A DNA stretch of 64,000 nt from positions 7,130,001 through 7,194,000 of the forward strand of contig CATNEN010000002.1 of the NCBI GenBank assembly GCA_950097015.1. The letters are read 5' to 3'. A program made the position numbers and the translations under genes. The notes beneath the pieces are model-generated. The model searched no databases and had not been told where the DNA came from. It worked only from the letters and a program-made list of their open reading frames with translations. Source of the stretch: Macrostomum hystrix. Taxonomy: Eukaryota > Animalia > Platyhelminthes. This document shows, piece by piece, positions 1 through 13,437 of this stretch. Within the stretch, counting starts at the first letter, position 1. Each line of letters starts with the position of its first letter.

Positions 1-2178
1 CAAAGTTTCCAAAACCTTATAATTCTTTATAAAGCTGGAAAGCTATAACCTTAGACAATAGATTCGTATTGAAGAGTAAGCAAAAAGGTTTGGATCTGAA
101 ATAAAGTGTGCATAGGCCTATAAAGGGTGTGATAAAGGTATCACCTATAAAGGGATTGCATTAAATAAACAAGCCTGTGCAGGGTGAGGAAGAAATGAGT
201 AGGCCCCTAATTCCATAGTGAGTGTGTGGGTAACTAATACCCTCCAATCCATTGGTAGCCCTACATTGGGACTGGAAATCATTAAGACTTTGTGTCACTA
301 ATATAACCAGTGCGAAGAAAAATATACATAGGCCCCTATATGACTTATTCATATTAATAAGTAGAAAAAAGTGTCTTACTGCTCGGACACTCACATGCTA
401 CAAATCACAATAAAGTTAACAACTCTAATATAAAAACTTTATGTGTTAGGCCTATACTGGTTAAATATTGCTGAAGTTAAATAAAAAGAAAGAGCCCTCC
501 AACATATACAAAGCAAGTTGTAAATCCAATGTGATCTGCAGATCTGTCTATGTGAAATTTGACACATGTAAAAATATGAACAGATATATAAGAAACTAGG
601 CCTAACTTTAGCTATAGTTAAAAGTTGCTCAAGCCTGAACTCTGATTGGCATGAGTAATGCATCAATATATATGTAATATATATAATACAGTCCAAAAAC
701 TGGGGAACCAATACAGTTGCATAAAATCTTCCAGTAATCAAGATTGCTATATATTTACGCCTAAATGCTTGATAGAATTTTAGTACAGAGCATGACCAAT
801 AGGCCTAAATCAAGTTAACTATAGGCGCCTACAGATCCAGCAACCATGTATGGATCGATGGTCTTTTAGTAAACCGCAAATCCTAGTTGATGGCCTCAAG
901 TTGTCATCCCTAACCAACAGATAGATTCAGCGCATAGGCTAGGCCCTACTGTAAAAAAATGAATTTGATCCAAGAAATATTGAGATCACCAACAGAGAAT
1001 ATGGAAACTCGACTCGAAAAACTGATCAAAACTCGAAACTCATGCTGACAATCAAAATCTGCATGAATCCTCGACCGTCCAGCTGGTTATTAATTTGTCC
1101 TGGCTGCTGGCAGTAAAAATATAATAAACCTCCAGAGATGTGTCCAAAACCTCTCTATGACCGTATGCGCTAATACAACGGCATCATAGTAAACGGTGTC
1201 AGACCATTCAGAAAACTTGAATATATTTATAATGCTAGAATGTTGAAAGCTTGAAGCGAGCAGACATTCAGATATCAAGGACATCTAGAATACTCTTCAA
1301 TGTATCTTATGAAGAGTATTCTAGATGACGATGTAGTATCTTATGTACTTCTGCTCACTTATGTGTTCATTTCAATTTAATCTGAATTATCCAGATCAGT
1401 TAACGAATTTATAGTTAAGCTATATTCACCGGAAATTTATTGTTATGATAAACAAAAAGTATTATAGTCGAACCCTAAGTTTAAATTTCCATAAACTTTT
1501 CATTGTCATATTTATTTATTAAAAAATCGTTTACTCATAAAGAGTGTCTGACTAAAAAATAGACTTAAAAGAGGCAACCTATAGTTACCTGGCATTTATT
1601 GTATATTTTTGAGATGATCTTTTCCAAAACATAATGTAAACAAACTGTGGAATCTGTTACTATATTATTACTATTACTCCTTTCTGTGCATTACACAACG
1701 AGTTTTGTAGAGAATTCTTTACATGAGCTATAATATGTAATAAGTTTTGTGATTTTTTTCGACAGCTAACTAATTTGCTAGTTTTATACTGAGATTGAGA
1801 ATGACATTCGTGTTTTTTCGCTAAATTTTGCAACCCTAAATATATCTGACTTTAGTCTAGGAAGCCCTTTAGCCACAAAACTTATGATATGCGATTTTTT
1901 ATTATGCAGCAAGCGAGGATCAGTTTTTTGTGATTCCATATATATGCACTTAAATAATACATATTACATAATACATGAATACATAGTTAACGATTTTTAT
2001 CCTTAATTTAGTTTTTAAAATATAAAATGTTTCATTTGTTTCAATAATATTTTATTTTCGAGTAGCTAAGGCTTTTTGATTAAACATATTTGTTGAGTCA
2101 AAGTCTCTTAAAAATATTTCAGTACTATTATCCTAGCAAGAAACTTCAGCAGCAGGAAAAGTTTCACGATTATCGGAG

Positions 2179-3415
2179 ATGTCTGGCTATAAGTGCTCCC
2201 TGGAACTGAACCTAGAGTTGGTGTCGTCGCCGGGCACCCACCTGCCCAATCGGGACCTGCTCTATGTGGTTGTCGAGGCATTCGGCCAGGCTAAGAGAAC
2301 TCGCCTTCTCGACGCCGTATTTCCCCTCTGCGTCCACGAGCGCTTCCGATTTGAGCGCTGCTTCTGGACGGCCAGGGACGCGCGCGAGGTTGCCGACCTC
2401 ATGGCCGAGGCTGTGGTGACCGTGGAGCTGCGACAGGTCACGGATGTCTACCTGGGCGGCTGCCTGCTGGCCTACCTCAAGACCGACGCCTGCAGTTTCT
2501 TCCAGCCGCCGACAGCCGGCGGCAGCTTCCGGTCCGGCGATCGGATGGTGAGTTTCCTAGAATTCCACCGACATTAGCCAGCAATCCAAATTAAAGCTTA
2601 AATAGTAAATGAGAAGAACACAAAACTCACAGGTGACGCTGAATCGAACCGTCGACTTCCCCGGCCCCGGCCCTCGCCTGGAATTTGACACGCGCACCGT
2701 CATCGAGGAACTGCCCGGTGGTGGTGTCGGCGACCGCGGTAACACCGACACCGGCCTGCGCCTACTGAACGGAGACGGCAACTCTCGCCGACCTCGAGCG
2801 CCGCAGACGGCCGGAGGCTTCGATCGCCAGACGGTCTCGGCTGCGCTGCGCACTTCAAAGACGCCGCCGCCGCCGAGAAGCCGCAGCCCGTCACCGACTC
2901 GCCGACTTGGCGGTGGCGACCGGCCGCCGTTTGTGGTCCGCCACGTCGACGACTCGCTTGTCGGCCGGAAGCCAACTCTGCATGACAACTTCCCGGACAA
3001 TGGCCGCCGCAGCCGCCACCGACTCCGTTCGACCTCTCCGTCGCCCCTGCTGACATCCTCAACGAAACGACGCAGCCGCTCCGCCGCTGACGGCCTCAAC
3101 GATAGCGGCCTGGGCAAATCCGGCAGTCGACGCGCCCGAACGCCGTCGGGATCGTCGCCGACAAAGTCACTGACTCGTCGCTACCCGAGCCTGACATCGC
3201 TGCCACCGGCGCCCTCGACGCTATCGTCAAGCGCCCTGTCGCCGTACTACCCGTACTACCCGTACTATTACGATCCGTACTACTATCAGTACTATCCGTA
3301 TTATTACTATTATCCGTACTACCGGCGCTATCGCTATCCGCAGTACCTGGACGACTTGGACTGGCTCGAGCTGGACCTCCGCATGGCCCGGCTGCGCAGG
3401 CTGGGTGTCTATTGA
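2179..3415 (+). CDS. SPATA6: SPATA6-like protein (spermatogenesis-associated 6 N-terminal domain), 2 exons, Tyr-rich C-terminus
   Basis: Exon 1 is 2179-2547 (ATG|gtgagt) and exon 2 is 2633-3415 (cacag|GTG); they join in phase 0 across an 85-bp intron. The peptide ...VSSPGTHLP..LYVVVEAFGQAKRTRLLDAVFPLCVHERFRFERCF...VELRQ...DRM|VTLNRTVDFPGPGPRLEFDTRTVIEE follows the SPATA6 domain pattern (..PG..L...IYL.I..FGQ.K.T.....FPL....M.FEK.F ... P.LEFST..VI.E). Confidence 0.85.
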
Positions 3416-4664
3416 AACGTCACATTTGAGAAATTGCAAAAGAAATCGCAGATCAACACTCGCGAGCGGAGCTTCCTTAGTGATAAGCCTGGCAATGTTT
3501 TGCGCTGTTTAGAACTCAATTTTCTCAACTGATTTTTTCATTTCTGGAGTTCGATGGAGCTTTATAGGTTGAACATTTTCATAGCGTTTTTGCATAGAAT
3601 ATAATATATGCGTCTATCATTCTGTGATATTGGAAGCTAGTATTAGTTATACTTACTAATGAGTATTAGTATTAGTTATACTTACTTACTAATATATTTA
3701 GCAACTATTATGCGCGTCTAGCACTACTGCTCTAGCACTCATGTAAGTAGGTAATTTAGTGAATAATTATTTTTTTGAGAGTTATTCGAATTCTCGTTCA
3801 TTATTTTCAATGAAATAAGCTCGCTGATCCATTGTGTCCCATTGTACGTAGCTCAAACCTAGAAGCCGTGGCTCTGCTCTTTTGCTTTACTTTACTTTAG
3901 TTTTGAAATATAATTATCGGATTTTGTCGAAAACGTGCGTTGAATATAAAAGTCCATTGTTTCTTATCTTCATCCGTCCAGTCTCTCGTCGATATTCAAG
4001 ATTATTTTATGATATTTTTGTTAATTTATAACTCTGTGATCCTTTACAGTTTACACACTGTGCGGTCCATGCAGTTTTTACACAAACAGAAAGATGAAAA
4101 TTTTACAGTCACGTGACATTAACCTTTGGGTTTTCCCCGTAAGCGTTTCTAAAAATAGAAACAGCTTAGGTGAAAAACTCTATGGCCAATCAGAATATCT
4201 TTGTTTTTTGATGGTGCAGTCAGCTGGTCTGGTGCCAAAAATCATTTCTATAAAGGGCCGCGCATTCTAAGTAAACTCATTGCAGTATCATTGCAGTGTG
4301 GTATGCATGCTTCTCATCTCTTGTATAGTTATTATTTTAGTAGCAAATTTATCATTATATATATAGATAATAATGTTGTACGTAGGCATTATTTTCAATT
4401 ACTCGCAGCGCCGGAAGCATTACGCATCGATGGCATGCGGTTTTCATTTAAAGCGACAGCGCTTTATGCATTCCTAACTAGTTCTATTTATGATTTTATA
4501 TTTTCCTTAGCTGCTATTCTCGTAATACAACATTAGAGAGCCTATATTTTTCAAGAAAATCTGTTTATCCAGCCTTTTCAATGTAAGGCCGTTGTTTATT
4601 GAAGACTTGTTTCATTAATGTGGCTAAGGATTGGAGATTTAGTTTTGGTGCAGAGGGTATAAAG

Positions 4665-5646
4665 CAGGGGCGACTAACTTATAATGTGCGGGCCACGGAG
4701 AGACGGCGGGCCGCATTAACTGTAGGAATATGAAAAGGGGAAGAGACGCGTCACCGGATAGATGAGACAGGGAGAGCTGAGACGGGAGACACGGGAGAGA
4801 TTAGACTATCCATCTCGATGGTAAGACAAGATACTTATAGGTGTTGGAAGGGTCGTAGAGAGGGTGTAGAGAGCCATGATGAGGGTGTAGAGAGTCATGA
4901 AGAGGGTGTAGAGAGTCATGAAGACGGTGTAGATAGTCATGAAGAGGGTGTAGAGAGTCATGAAGAGGGTGTAGAGAGTCATGAAGAGGGTGTAGAGAGT
5001 CATGAAGACGGTGTAGATAGTCATGAAGAGGGTGTAGAGAGTCATGAAGAGGGTGTAGAGAGTCATGAAGAGGGTGTAGAGAGTCATGAAGAGGGTGTAG
5101 AGAGCCATGAAGAGGGTGTAGAGAGCCATGAAGAGTGTGTAGAGAGTCATGAAGAGGGTGTAGAGAGTCATGAAGAGGGTGTAGAGAGCCATGAAGAGGT
5201 GTAGATAGTCATGAAGAGGTGTAGAGAGTCATGAAGAGGGTGTAGAGAGTCATGAAGAGGGTGTAGAGAGTCATGAAGAGGGTGTAGAGAGTCATGAAGA
5301 GGGTGTAGAGAGTCATGAAGACGGTGTAGATAGTCATGAAGAGGGTGTAGAGAGTCATGAAGAGGGTGTAGAGAGTCATGAAGAGGGTGTAGAGAGTCAT
5401 GAAGAGGGTGTAGAGAGCCATGAAGAGGGTGTAGAGAGTCGTAGTGATGTTATAGAGTCCCTGGAGAGTCAATGGAGTTTACCAACAGGTCTTATAGCAC
5501 CAAATACGAGCGTAAGACTTCATTCCATTAATAGAGTTTAAACATTATACATTATATTTGCACTAGCAGAGGCAACAGAAATGCGAAATAATATCACAAA
5601 TATTGACCAATTTATCTGCGGCTAAGAGACAGGGTTATGGACCCCG
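4665..5646. mobile_element. Possible degenerate hAT-type MITE enclosing a 21-bp minisatellite
   Basis: Left end CAGGGGCGACTAAC with a subterminal GCGGGCCGCA; right end TGCGGC...GTTATGGACCCCG. The imperfect 8-bp flanks are GTATAAAG and GTTAAAAG. Confidence 0.35.
4858..5440. repeat. 21-bp minisatellite (GAAGAGGGTGTAGAGAGTCAT)n
   Basis: Tandem units are directly visible and explain the periodic EEGVESH / MTLYTLF ORFs. Confidence 0.95.
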
Positions 5647-6720
5647 TTAAAAGATTAACGACAGATGTTGAAATAAGAGGGAAAGGAGTTTCAGAAATGC
5701 GCCACTGTGTAGTAAGAAGTGAAAATGAAACAAAGACTAGTCCTTGTGTGTGGCGACAGCAGTTGCGCACATGCGCGCCATGCGGAAACAAAGACCGCAG
5801 CCGGTGAGGCCGTCCCTGCTGTTAGAATTATTGAAACAGTTGTGGCCCAACTGCAGCAGAGAAGTGGACCGCAGATTCAATTATGACCGAAAACTGCGAG
5901 CTTGGGGGGCTGGGGTTGGTCGGGATTCGAGCACTCAGCAGCTGTCGATTCGGCGCGTTATGGACAGAAGGCGCGCGGCCCGAGGGGATTTCTCAGATAA
6001 GCTCACGTGTCACAGCCCCTCCCCGATCCCTGGGGCTTTGACTCCTCCCACTTTGCGCGCCCCCACTCCCATTATCCTAACCCAATCCCACGCAATCTGT
6101 CTAGCAAACAGAAGAGGGTCTCGCAGTGGATGGCAGGTGTCAGATTGGGTGACTCCGGACTCGCTAATCGCTGCTGCTGCTACGCAGTTACATTCTAGGG
6201 AAATTTATTCTTAATTCGACAAAGTTTAGCAAATTTAGGATCACCGGAGCAGTCAGGGAGTTACTGACAGCTAGAATCACAAACACAGCTGGCGGGTCAT
6301 TGGGTGGGCAATATGGGGATCGAGAAGGTTGTCAAAAATAGCCGCGGACACTTGGGGAAGAGCAGCAAAAAGATTAGGAAAATAATAATTTAAAAGACAG
6401 ATTGTGAGGAAAACAGAAGGATAGAGAAAATCAGAAAAGAATGGTACGAGTAGTAAAATAAGTTTCTTGCTCAAAGATGCAAATTGCTTGCCTAAGGCTG
6501 AAATACGAACTCGCGACCTCTCGTTCGTTCCTTCAGAGTCAGTGACCATTCTTCTTAAAAAAGCGAAAGGATGAATGACTGAAAGTGGTGAGGCGTGTAA
6601 GAAGGACTGCGTGAGGGAATGATGCATTAGTGAGGTCATGATAGGCCATTGGGTACCGCTGAATACACTTCATAACCCAAATCATACAGCGAACAAGCAT
6701 GTGAGCAGCCTATGCTCTTA

Positions 6721-6785
6721 GGTCACGTCATTGGACAGCCAATAAGACGCGGAGGGAGGTTGCTGAGGCCACAGCTTTAAAACGG
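6721..6785 (+). promoter_or_regulatory. Putative core promoter of the HLH gene (CRE-like, CCAAT boxes, TATA-like)
   Basis: TCACGTCA at 6723-6730, ATTGG at 6730-6734, CCAAT at 6739-6743 and TTTAAAA at ~6776-6782, about 80-140 bp upstream of the ATG at 6864. Confidence 0.3.
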
Positions 6786-6863
6786 TTTGAATTGTCCGCC
6801 CCAGAACTGAAGCGGACCCAGCCTAATCTAAGCCCGAGAAACTCAAAGGTACCAGGTGCAACA

Positions 6864-7569
6864 ATGATTCTTGTGACACAGGGCAGCGTAAGACTGGAAT
6901 CCGCTTTCGGGCAAGTCGAAGATCTGGAAGACGGGCCGGAGGTGTCTCAGAGCTTCCAGGTTCTGTACCGATCCATACCTTGGCTGCGCGAGTCCAAGCT
7001 GGTCGCGAGCTCGAATTCTCAGCGCGGCCGGCTGCAGATCCTTCGCGCCGCCATCGACTACATTCAGCAGCTGCAGGCGGAGCTGCAGGAGCTGGGCGAG
7101 GAGGCTCAGCGGCTGCTGCAACTGCGAAAACCGTTGCGCACCGTCAACAATGCCACGGAGGAGCGGCAGGAGCGGCGGCGGCTGCGGTGGCGGCGGCGGC
7201 TTCAGCGACGCGAGAAGAGGCGACTGCTCCAGCGACCGAAATCCGCGGTGAGCTCAAAGTCTCCTCAAACTCACAGCTGGCTTTGGTGAACCTCTGCCTT
7301 TCAGCTTTCACTCACCCTTCACCCTTTCACTCACCAATCACTCACCCTTCACCCTGTAAAGTCTCACCCTTCACTCTGCAAAGTCTCACGCTTCACTCTG
7401 CAGTCTCACCCTTCATTCTGCAAAGTCTCACACTTCACTCTGCAAAGTCTCACCCTTCATTCTGCAAAGCCTCACCCTTCATTCTGCAAAGTCTCACACT
7501 TCATGTTACTTGAAATCAAACTAAACAAGTTATCATCTACCCGCATTTCAGCCAGCCAGCCTGCAATGA
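6864..7569 (+). CDS. Id/extramacrochaetae-type helix-loop-helix protein (no basic region)
   Basis: Helix 1 is EVSQSFQVLYRSIPWL and helix 2 is RLQILRAAIDYIQQLQAEL; acidic residues (EDLEDGP) precede helix 1 where a basic region would be. First ATG is at 6864. A likely intron runs 7248-7551 (GCG|gtgagc ... tttcag|CCA), and the last exon PASLQ* ends at 7569. Confidence 0.65.
7300..7505. repeat. Short intronic minisatellite (TCACCCTTCATTCTGCAAAGTC-like)
   Basis: Degenerate tandem units lie inside the predicted HLH intron. Confidence 0.8.
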
Positions 7570-8797
7570 CCACTTCGGCAAGACTCCATCGGCATAAACG
7601 GCAGGCAGTTGTTTTGTCTTAGGCAAAATCACTTTAATCAACAAAAGTCGTGTCATATTTGTTTCTTAAGCCAATGATTTTATGAAACCTATGAAGAATT
7701 TCGTCTTATTTTGTCAACATACGCATTGGTTCGGCCTGATAGCTTGTACATACAAATAAATTCAGCATAGCTACATAGCATGTGTTCTAACCGTTCTGTA
7801 CAGACAATCTCGAATGAGGCTTTGCTGCAATCACTTTGAATTTGGCAATATTTTCTCCGCCAGGACTTCATAGCTGGCATGCAGATGAAATTGCAGACTG
7901 GGATTTCCTGGGGGATAAGTGGATGGGAGCCGGCTGCAGACCCCCTGTCCACTGAGCAGTCCAGATGCCGGGCGGGCAGTCTCTCACACTCCGCCTGGGA
8001 ACCAAGCTGGCGTCCCAGCTGCTAATTCTGGGCCGAATCTCCCAGCTTTGCCGACAGACGATGCGGACTGACGGAAACCAGGCGGAGGGGAGGCCGCGGT
8101 GGGGAAATATTAGAATTAGCTGGCGCTACCTCACCCCACATGCTCACAGCCATAGCCAGGCTTCGAGTTCTGAGCTCTGTGGCAGGTGGGTCCTGTTCAG
8201 TTCGCAGCTGCGCCTTCTGCCACCCTTCGCCAACCCCCAAAGCCCCGCCCGGCCTTCAGTTCTGGCGCTTCTTCTAAAAGCAAACGCGGGGTGCCGGGGG
8301 AAGTCCGCAGCAGCTGGTCGACGTCCCCCCGCGTGCAAGATCGAAGCGGGCGAATTCCGCGGGTGGGAAAAGCTGGGGTGGCGGGTGGGGGCTGGCGCAT
8401 TGCGCGAGCCGGCAACGAAAGCTAAAGCAGGCAGGCTGTATCCAAAGCTTGGCTGGAACACCTGTGCCGAGCTCAGCGCTGGAGACCCAGGCCACCTGGA
8501 GCTACCCCAAGCCCCCCTCCTCTACACTGGCTTGTGTAGCCGAGGGCGCAACGTTTGGGTTGCTGTCTAAATACGGCCATTGTTGTGCCTGGCTGAATCA
8601 ACTGCGGAAATCTGTTGCTGGTTTAGGACATTGCGCGCGGTTTGAACTAGCAGAGCATGGCTTTTTTGCGATAACTCGATTGGAAATCGCTTTGGGAAGA
8701 TGGGATCAAATGTGTGGCAGGATAGGGGTTGAGGAATGGAGAAGGTCAGAGGACTCACTTCTCTGGTGGGTCGAACCTAAGGCCCCTTGAAATCCCG

Positions 8798-10031
8798 TGC
8801 CAACTCAGGCCCTATGAAATACCGCCACTAACTCAGGCCCTATGAAATACCGCCACTAACTCAGGCCCTATGAAATACCACCAACTCAGGCCCTATGAAA
8901 TACCGCCACTAACTCAGGCCCTATGAAATACCGCCACCAACTCAGGCCCTATGAAATACCACCAACTCAGGCCCTATGAAATACCACCACCAACTCAGGC
9001 CCTATGAAATACCACCAACTCAGGCCCTATGAAATACCGCCACCAACTCAGGCCCTATGAAATACCACCAACTCAGGCCCTATGAAATACCGCCACTAAC
9101 TCAGGCCCTATGAAATACCACCAACTCAGGCCCTATGAAATACCGCCACCAACTCAGGCCCTTTGAAATACCACCACTAACTCAGGCCCTTTGAAATTCC
9201 GCCACTAACTCAGGCCCTTTGAAATACCACCACTAACTCAGGCCCTATGAAATACCACCACCAACCCAGGCCCTTTGAAATACCGCCACTAACTCATGCC
9301 CTATGAAACACCGCCACAAACTCAGGCCCTATGAAATACCACCACTAACTCAGGCCCTATGAAACACCGCCACAAACTCAGGCCCTATGAAATACTACCA
9401 CTAACTCATGCCCTTTGAAATACCGCCACTAACTCATGCCCTATGAAACACCGCCACAAACTCAGGCCCTATGAAATACCACCACTAACTCAGGCCCTAT
9501 GAAACACCGCCACAAACTCAGGCCCTATGAAATACCACCACTAACTCAGGCCCTATGAAACACCGCCACAAACTCAGGCCCTATGAAATACCACCACTAA
9601 CTCAGGCCCTATGAAACACCGCCACAAACTCAGGCCCTATGAAATACCACCACTAACTCAGGCCCTATGAAACACCGCCACAAACTCAGGCCCTTTGAAA
9701 TACCGCCACTAACTCAGGCCCTTTGAAATTCCGCCACTAACTCAGGCCCTTTGAAATACCGCCACTAACTCAGGCCCTTTGAAATACCGCCACTAACTCA
9801 GGCCCTTTGAAATACCGCCACTAACTCAGGCCCTTTGAAATACCGCCACTAACTCAGGCCCTATGAAATACCGCCACTAACTCAGGCCCTATGAAATACC
9901 GCCACCAACTCAGGCCCTATGAAATACCACCACTGACTCAGGCCCTTTGAAATACCGCCACTAACTCAGGCCCTTTGAAATTCCGCCACTAACTCAGGCC
10001 CTTTGAAATACCGCCACTAACTCAGGCCCTT
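8798..10031. repeat. 28-bp minisatellite (AACTCAGGCCCTATGAAATACCGCCACT)n with 25-bp variants
   Basis: About 1.2 kb of directly visible tandem units. Confidence 0.95.
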
Positions 10032-11106
10032 TATAACGCAAGCCCAGCTCAGGCCGTTTGTAATACAATGAGTCCCAAGCTGTTAAAACTGGCGCAAACC
10101 TCTAAGATGCCGTTTATTTCACCCACAGGCACCTTTGTAATCATGAGGACACCAGAAGCCTTCACATCTCTTGATCTCAGCTTCAAAAAACTACCTTTGA
10201 ATTCTCTCTGAGGGATCAGTTCAGGCCTCCTAAAAGGTTTCGCTATCATGGATCGCACTTCACTTTACTCCTTTGACTTGGCTAGGAATAGGCTGAGTTG
10301 AAAATCGAGCTCTAAAGGGACACTTGAGAAACTCAAACACAGAAGGTTAAAATCACACTCGGATAGTCACGCAGGAATGCGCGCATATGTTGAAGATTTC
10401 CCGCATAGCAACATAGAATGCTCAAATAATTAGGCAAGTCAATCTGGACGGCTAATTGTCACCTGCAATTAACAATAAATTGATTCGTAGCTCAAAATTA
10501 GGCCTAAATGGGAGCCAGATGTGGATATTCCTGGATTGCACAACAGGCTCAGAGACAACTGACTTGTCTTTTGTTAGAGACTTGAGATATTTCAATGGCA
10601 TGGTGACTCGCATCACTGAGTATTAGTAGATTGTTAAGGGGGTCGACTCTCGCACCAAGACTTTGGAATTTGTCATACAATTTTCGCCCCCCCATCGAGG
10701 CACAGTGAGATTTTTAAACAAGCTGACAATGTGCTCAGTGTGATCAGAGGCCCTGAACCATTTCGTTTTTTGCCGATTGCATTAATCCTAAGCCTTGCAG
10801 CTCAAATAAAATGATTAAAAAACCAAAACACAGGCCTCACAAAGTTACTTAAGTCATCTAAAGAAGAAAATGAAAAAAATGTCATAGTAAAAAAAACTTT
10901 GCGTTAAACATTAAAGCAGTTTATATTTACAATGAACCATGATTAGAATTAAAAGCCTGAATATTTGCATTGTGCATTCACTATACAATACAGACTTGCC
11001 CTGATGTGATGTTACTACTCACAGCCGATCGGCAGTAGTAGTGTTAGCGTTTCTCGTGACCATTCTCCAAAGCAAAGCGACCGATTTCTCGGCTAAACGT
11101 CGGCCT

Positions 11107-13437
11107 CTACGGCTCGCCGATCTCCTCGACAGCGTCGCCCTCCACGGAGCTACAAGGCGTCAGCACCACCATCAGCGGGCGCACCGTGGAGGCCAGAATG
11201 TCAAACGGGTGGCGCTGCCTGAAGGCGGCGGACTTTGGCGGCTGTCGCTGCCGCCCACCTGTGCAGGCGCGGACGGCCAGGTGGCGCCATGCGGGGGCCA
11301 GCAAGCGGATGACGTCATCATTATCTGTTGCGTCATCAGACTCGAATTCCTGAGCGTTGCTGGAGTCATCGGCCGGGACTCCATCAGCGGCGGCGTCACC
11401 TCTCGCCTCCTGGTCCACGCTGGCTGCTGCTGCTGCTGCTGCTGGAGCAGTCAGGCACCTGTCACAGGCATGAGGTGGCAAAATTATGATCAATACTATG
11501 AGAATCCAAGATCTTATTTTAAGTCCCTCATCGCATCTCTTCGAAACTGAACATCCATCTATTAAGAATCCAATATCCCATCTCCTGACAAAATAAGATC
11601 CCATCTACTGACAATCCAAGATCCCATCTGCTGACAATCCAACATCCCATCTACTGACAATCTAAGATCCCATCTCCTGTCTATCCAAGATCCCATCTCC
11701 TGTCTATCCAAGATCCCATCTCCTGACTATCCAAGATCCCATACCATCAGAATGAAGTAGCCAACCCAGGTGGGTCTAGAGCATTATTTCCGAGTTGTCC
11801 ATGGTCCCAGATTTCTTACCTGTCCGACGCGTCGGCCAGCGGCAGGAGGTCGCGGCGCAGGCGTCGCTCGCAGTGCAGCAGCTGGCTGGCGTTGAGCAGC
11901 GGGTATCGAACACAGGCCAGCAGCCGGAGGAGACCAGCTCGGTCCAGTCGGGGTCGCCGGCGGAGCAGCCATGCGGCGAGGCCGTCAAAGATGGCCGGCT
12001 CCGGGGCGTCGAGATTGTCGTCGGCTAGCAGGCGCTCCAGAAGGTCGGACAGCTCGGCTGGCACAGGTAGGAGGGCGGCGGCGGCACGGCCTCTGCGAAG
12101 CTCGTCGCCAATGTCGACGAGGAGGTTGAAGCGGGCCAGGCGGCTGACCCGCAGGTCGGGCAGGCAGGCCAGGCGGCAGAGCTGGTGCGGCGCGAATTCG
12201 CCGCGGGTGGCCAACGGCGACTCCGGCCCGGCGGTGTGGCTGATGCGAAGCAGCTCCGAGATCCGGCCGCTGCACAGCTGGATTAGGCTGGACACCTGCG
12301 CAAATCAAGATGGGAGGGGACTTTCATAAACTGAAACGGGATCCAGGGATACAGCATCAGACTTCTGCTTCATAGGTCGAGAGTTCGAATTTTGAAACTT
12401 AGGGAAAATTTGTCTACTTGGGAAAACGACTGAATGAGATCTTAAATCATTTTAGATGGGATCTTGAACCATTTTAGATGGAATATCGAGCTATTTAGGA
12501 TGGGATATTGAGCTATTTAGGATGGGATATCGAGCTATTTAGGATGGGATATCGAGCTATTTAGGATGGGATATCGAGCTATTTAGGATGGGATATCGAG
12601 CTATTTAGGATGGGATATCGAGCTACTTAGGATGGGATATCGAGCTATTTAGGATGGGATATCGAGCTATTTAGGATGGGATATCGAGCTATCTAGGATG
12701 GGATATCGAGCTATTTAGGATGGGATATCGAGCTATTTAGGATGGGATATCGAGCTATCTAGGATGGGATATCGAGCTATCTAGGATGGGATATCGAGCT
12801 ATTTAGGATGGGATATCGAGCTATTTAGGATGGGATATCGAGCTATCTAGGATGGGATATCGAGCTATTTAGGATGGGATATCGAGCTATTTAGGATGGG
12901 ATATCGAGCTATTTAGGATGGGATATCGAGCTACTTAGGATGGGATATTGCTATAAACACCGAGTGGCAAGCTGGTGACTGGCCAAGCCATACCCCGTAC
13001 TTGTCGGCCAGGCGGTGCACTTCAAGCAGTTGGTCCGCGGAGTCCAGGGCCACCCGGCCTGTGTACATGAACCGCAGCACGTCCTCGAAGCAGCCGGATG
13101 TGCGGTCTTCGCCACAGTCGTCGTCCTGCTCTTCCTCGAGTCGCACGCAGCCGGAGCCAGACTCCAGCCAGTCGCCGGAGAGCATCGCCCGGAAGACGGG
13201 GCTGGCAGCGGACAGCACCAGCCGGTGCGCGTACAGCGTCCGGTTGCCTAGCAACAGGCGGATGTCGGCAGTGCGGCTGCAGTTGAAGAGGCTGCCGATG
13301 GGCGCCTCGGCTCGCAGCTCGCCTGACGGAGCGGCGAAACGGCGAGGCGGCGAGGGGCGCACGCCGACACGGGACATTGGAGGAATTCTAGGATCGATTT
13401 TTTCGGATGAATTAGCAATATCCAGCAACAATGGGAG
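11107..13437 (-). CDS. BTB/POZ + BACK domain protein
   Basis: Exons are 13437-12994, 12295-11820 and 11458-11107, all with GT-AG junctions in compatible phase (DKYG|VSSL; SDR|CLT). BTB motif: ADIRLLLGNRTLYAHRLVLSAASPVFRAMLSGDWLES...FEDVLRFMYTG...LADKYG. BACK motif: LERLLADDNLDAPEPAIFDGLAAW...LLACVRYPLL. The first in-exon ATG is MSRVG at ~13377. Confidence 0.85.
11530..11745. repeat. 23-bp intronic minisatellite (AAGATCCCATCTCCTGACTATCC)
   Basis: AAGATCC recurs at 11664 and 11687 (period 23), inside BTB intron 2. Confidence 0.85.
12480..12945. repeat. 22-bp intronic minisatellite (GAGCTATTTAGGATGGGATATC)n
   Basis: Near-perfect tandem units inside BTB intron 1. Confidence 0.95.

Noticed and set aside
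1-1340. Short minus-strand ORFs in the first 1.3 kb
   Set aside because: They are AT-rich, short and have no recognisable motif.
4806-5472. Periodic ORFs (EEGVESH / MTLYTLF), and similar ones at 14.6, 16, 19.8, 41.5, 43.2, 46.4-47.5 and 63 kb
   Set aside because: They are translations of tandem repeats, mostly intronic, without independent coding evidence.
7965-8790. 201-aa and overlapping GC-rich ORFs
   Set aside because: No recognisable domain or splice structure; several frames are open simply because of high GC content.
11530-12945. Inverted relationship between the minisatellites flanking the BACK exon (possible circRNA driver)
   Set aside because: Only an 8-12-nt core (ATCCCATC) is complementary, which is too little to claim stable pairing.
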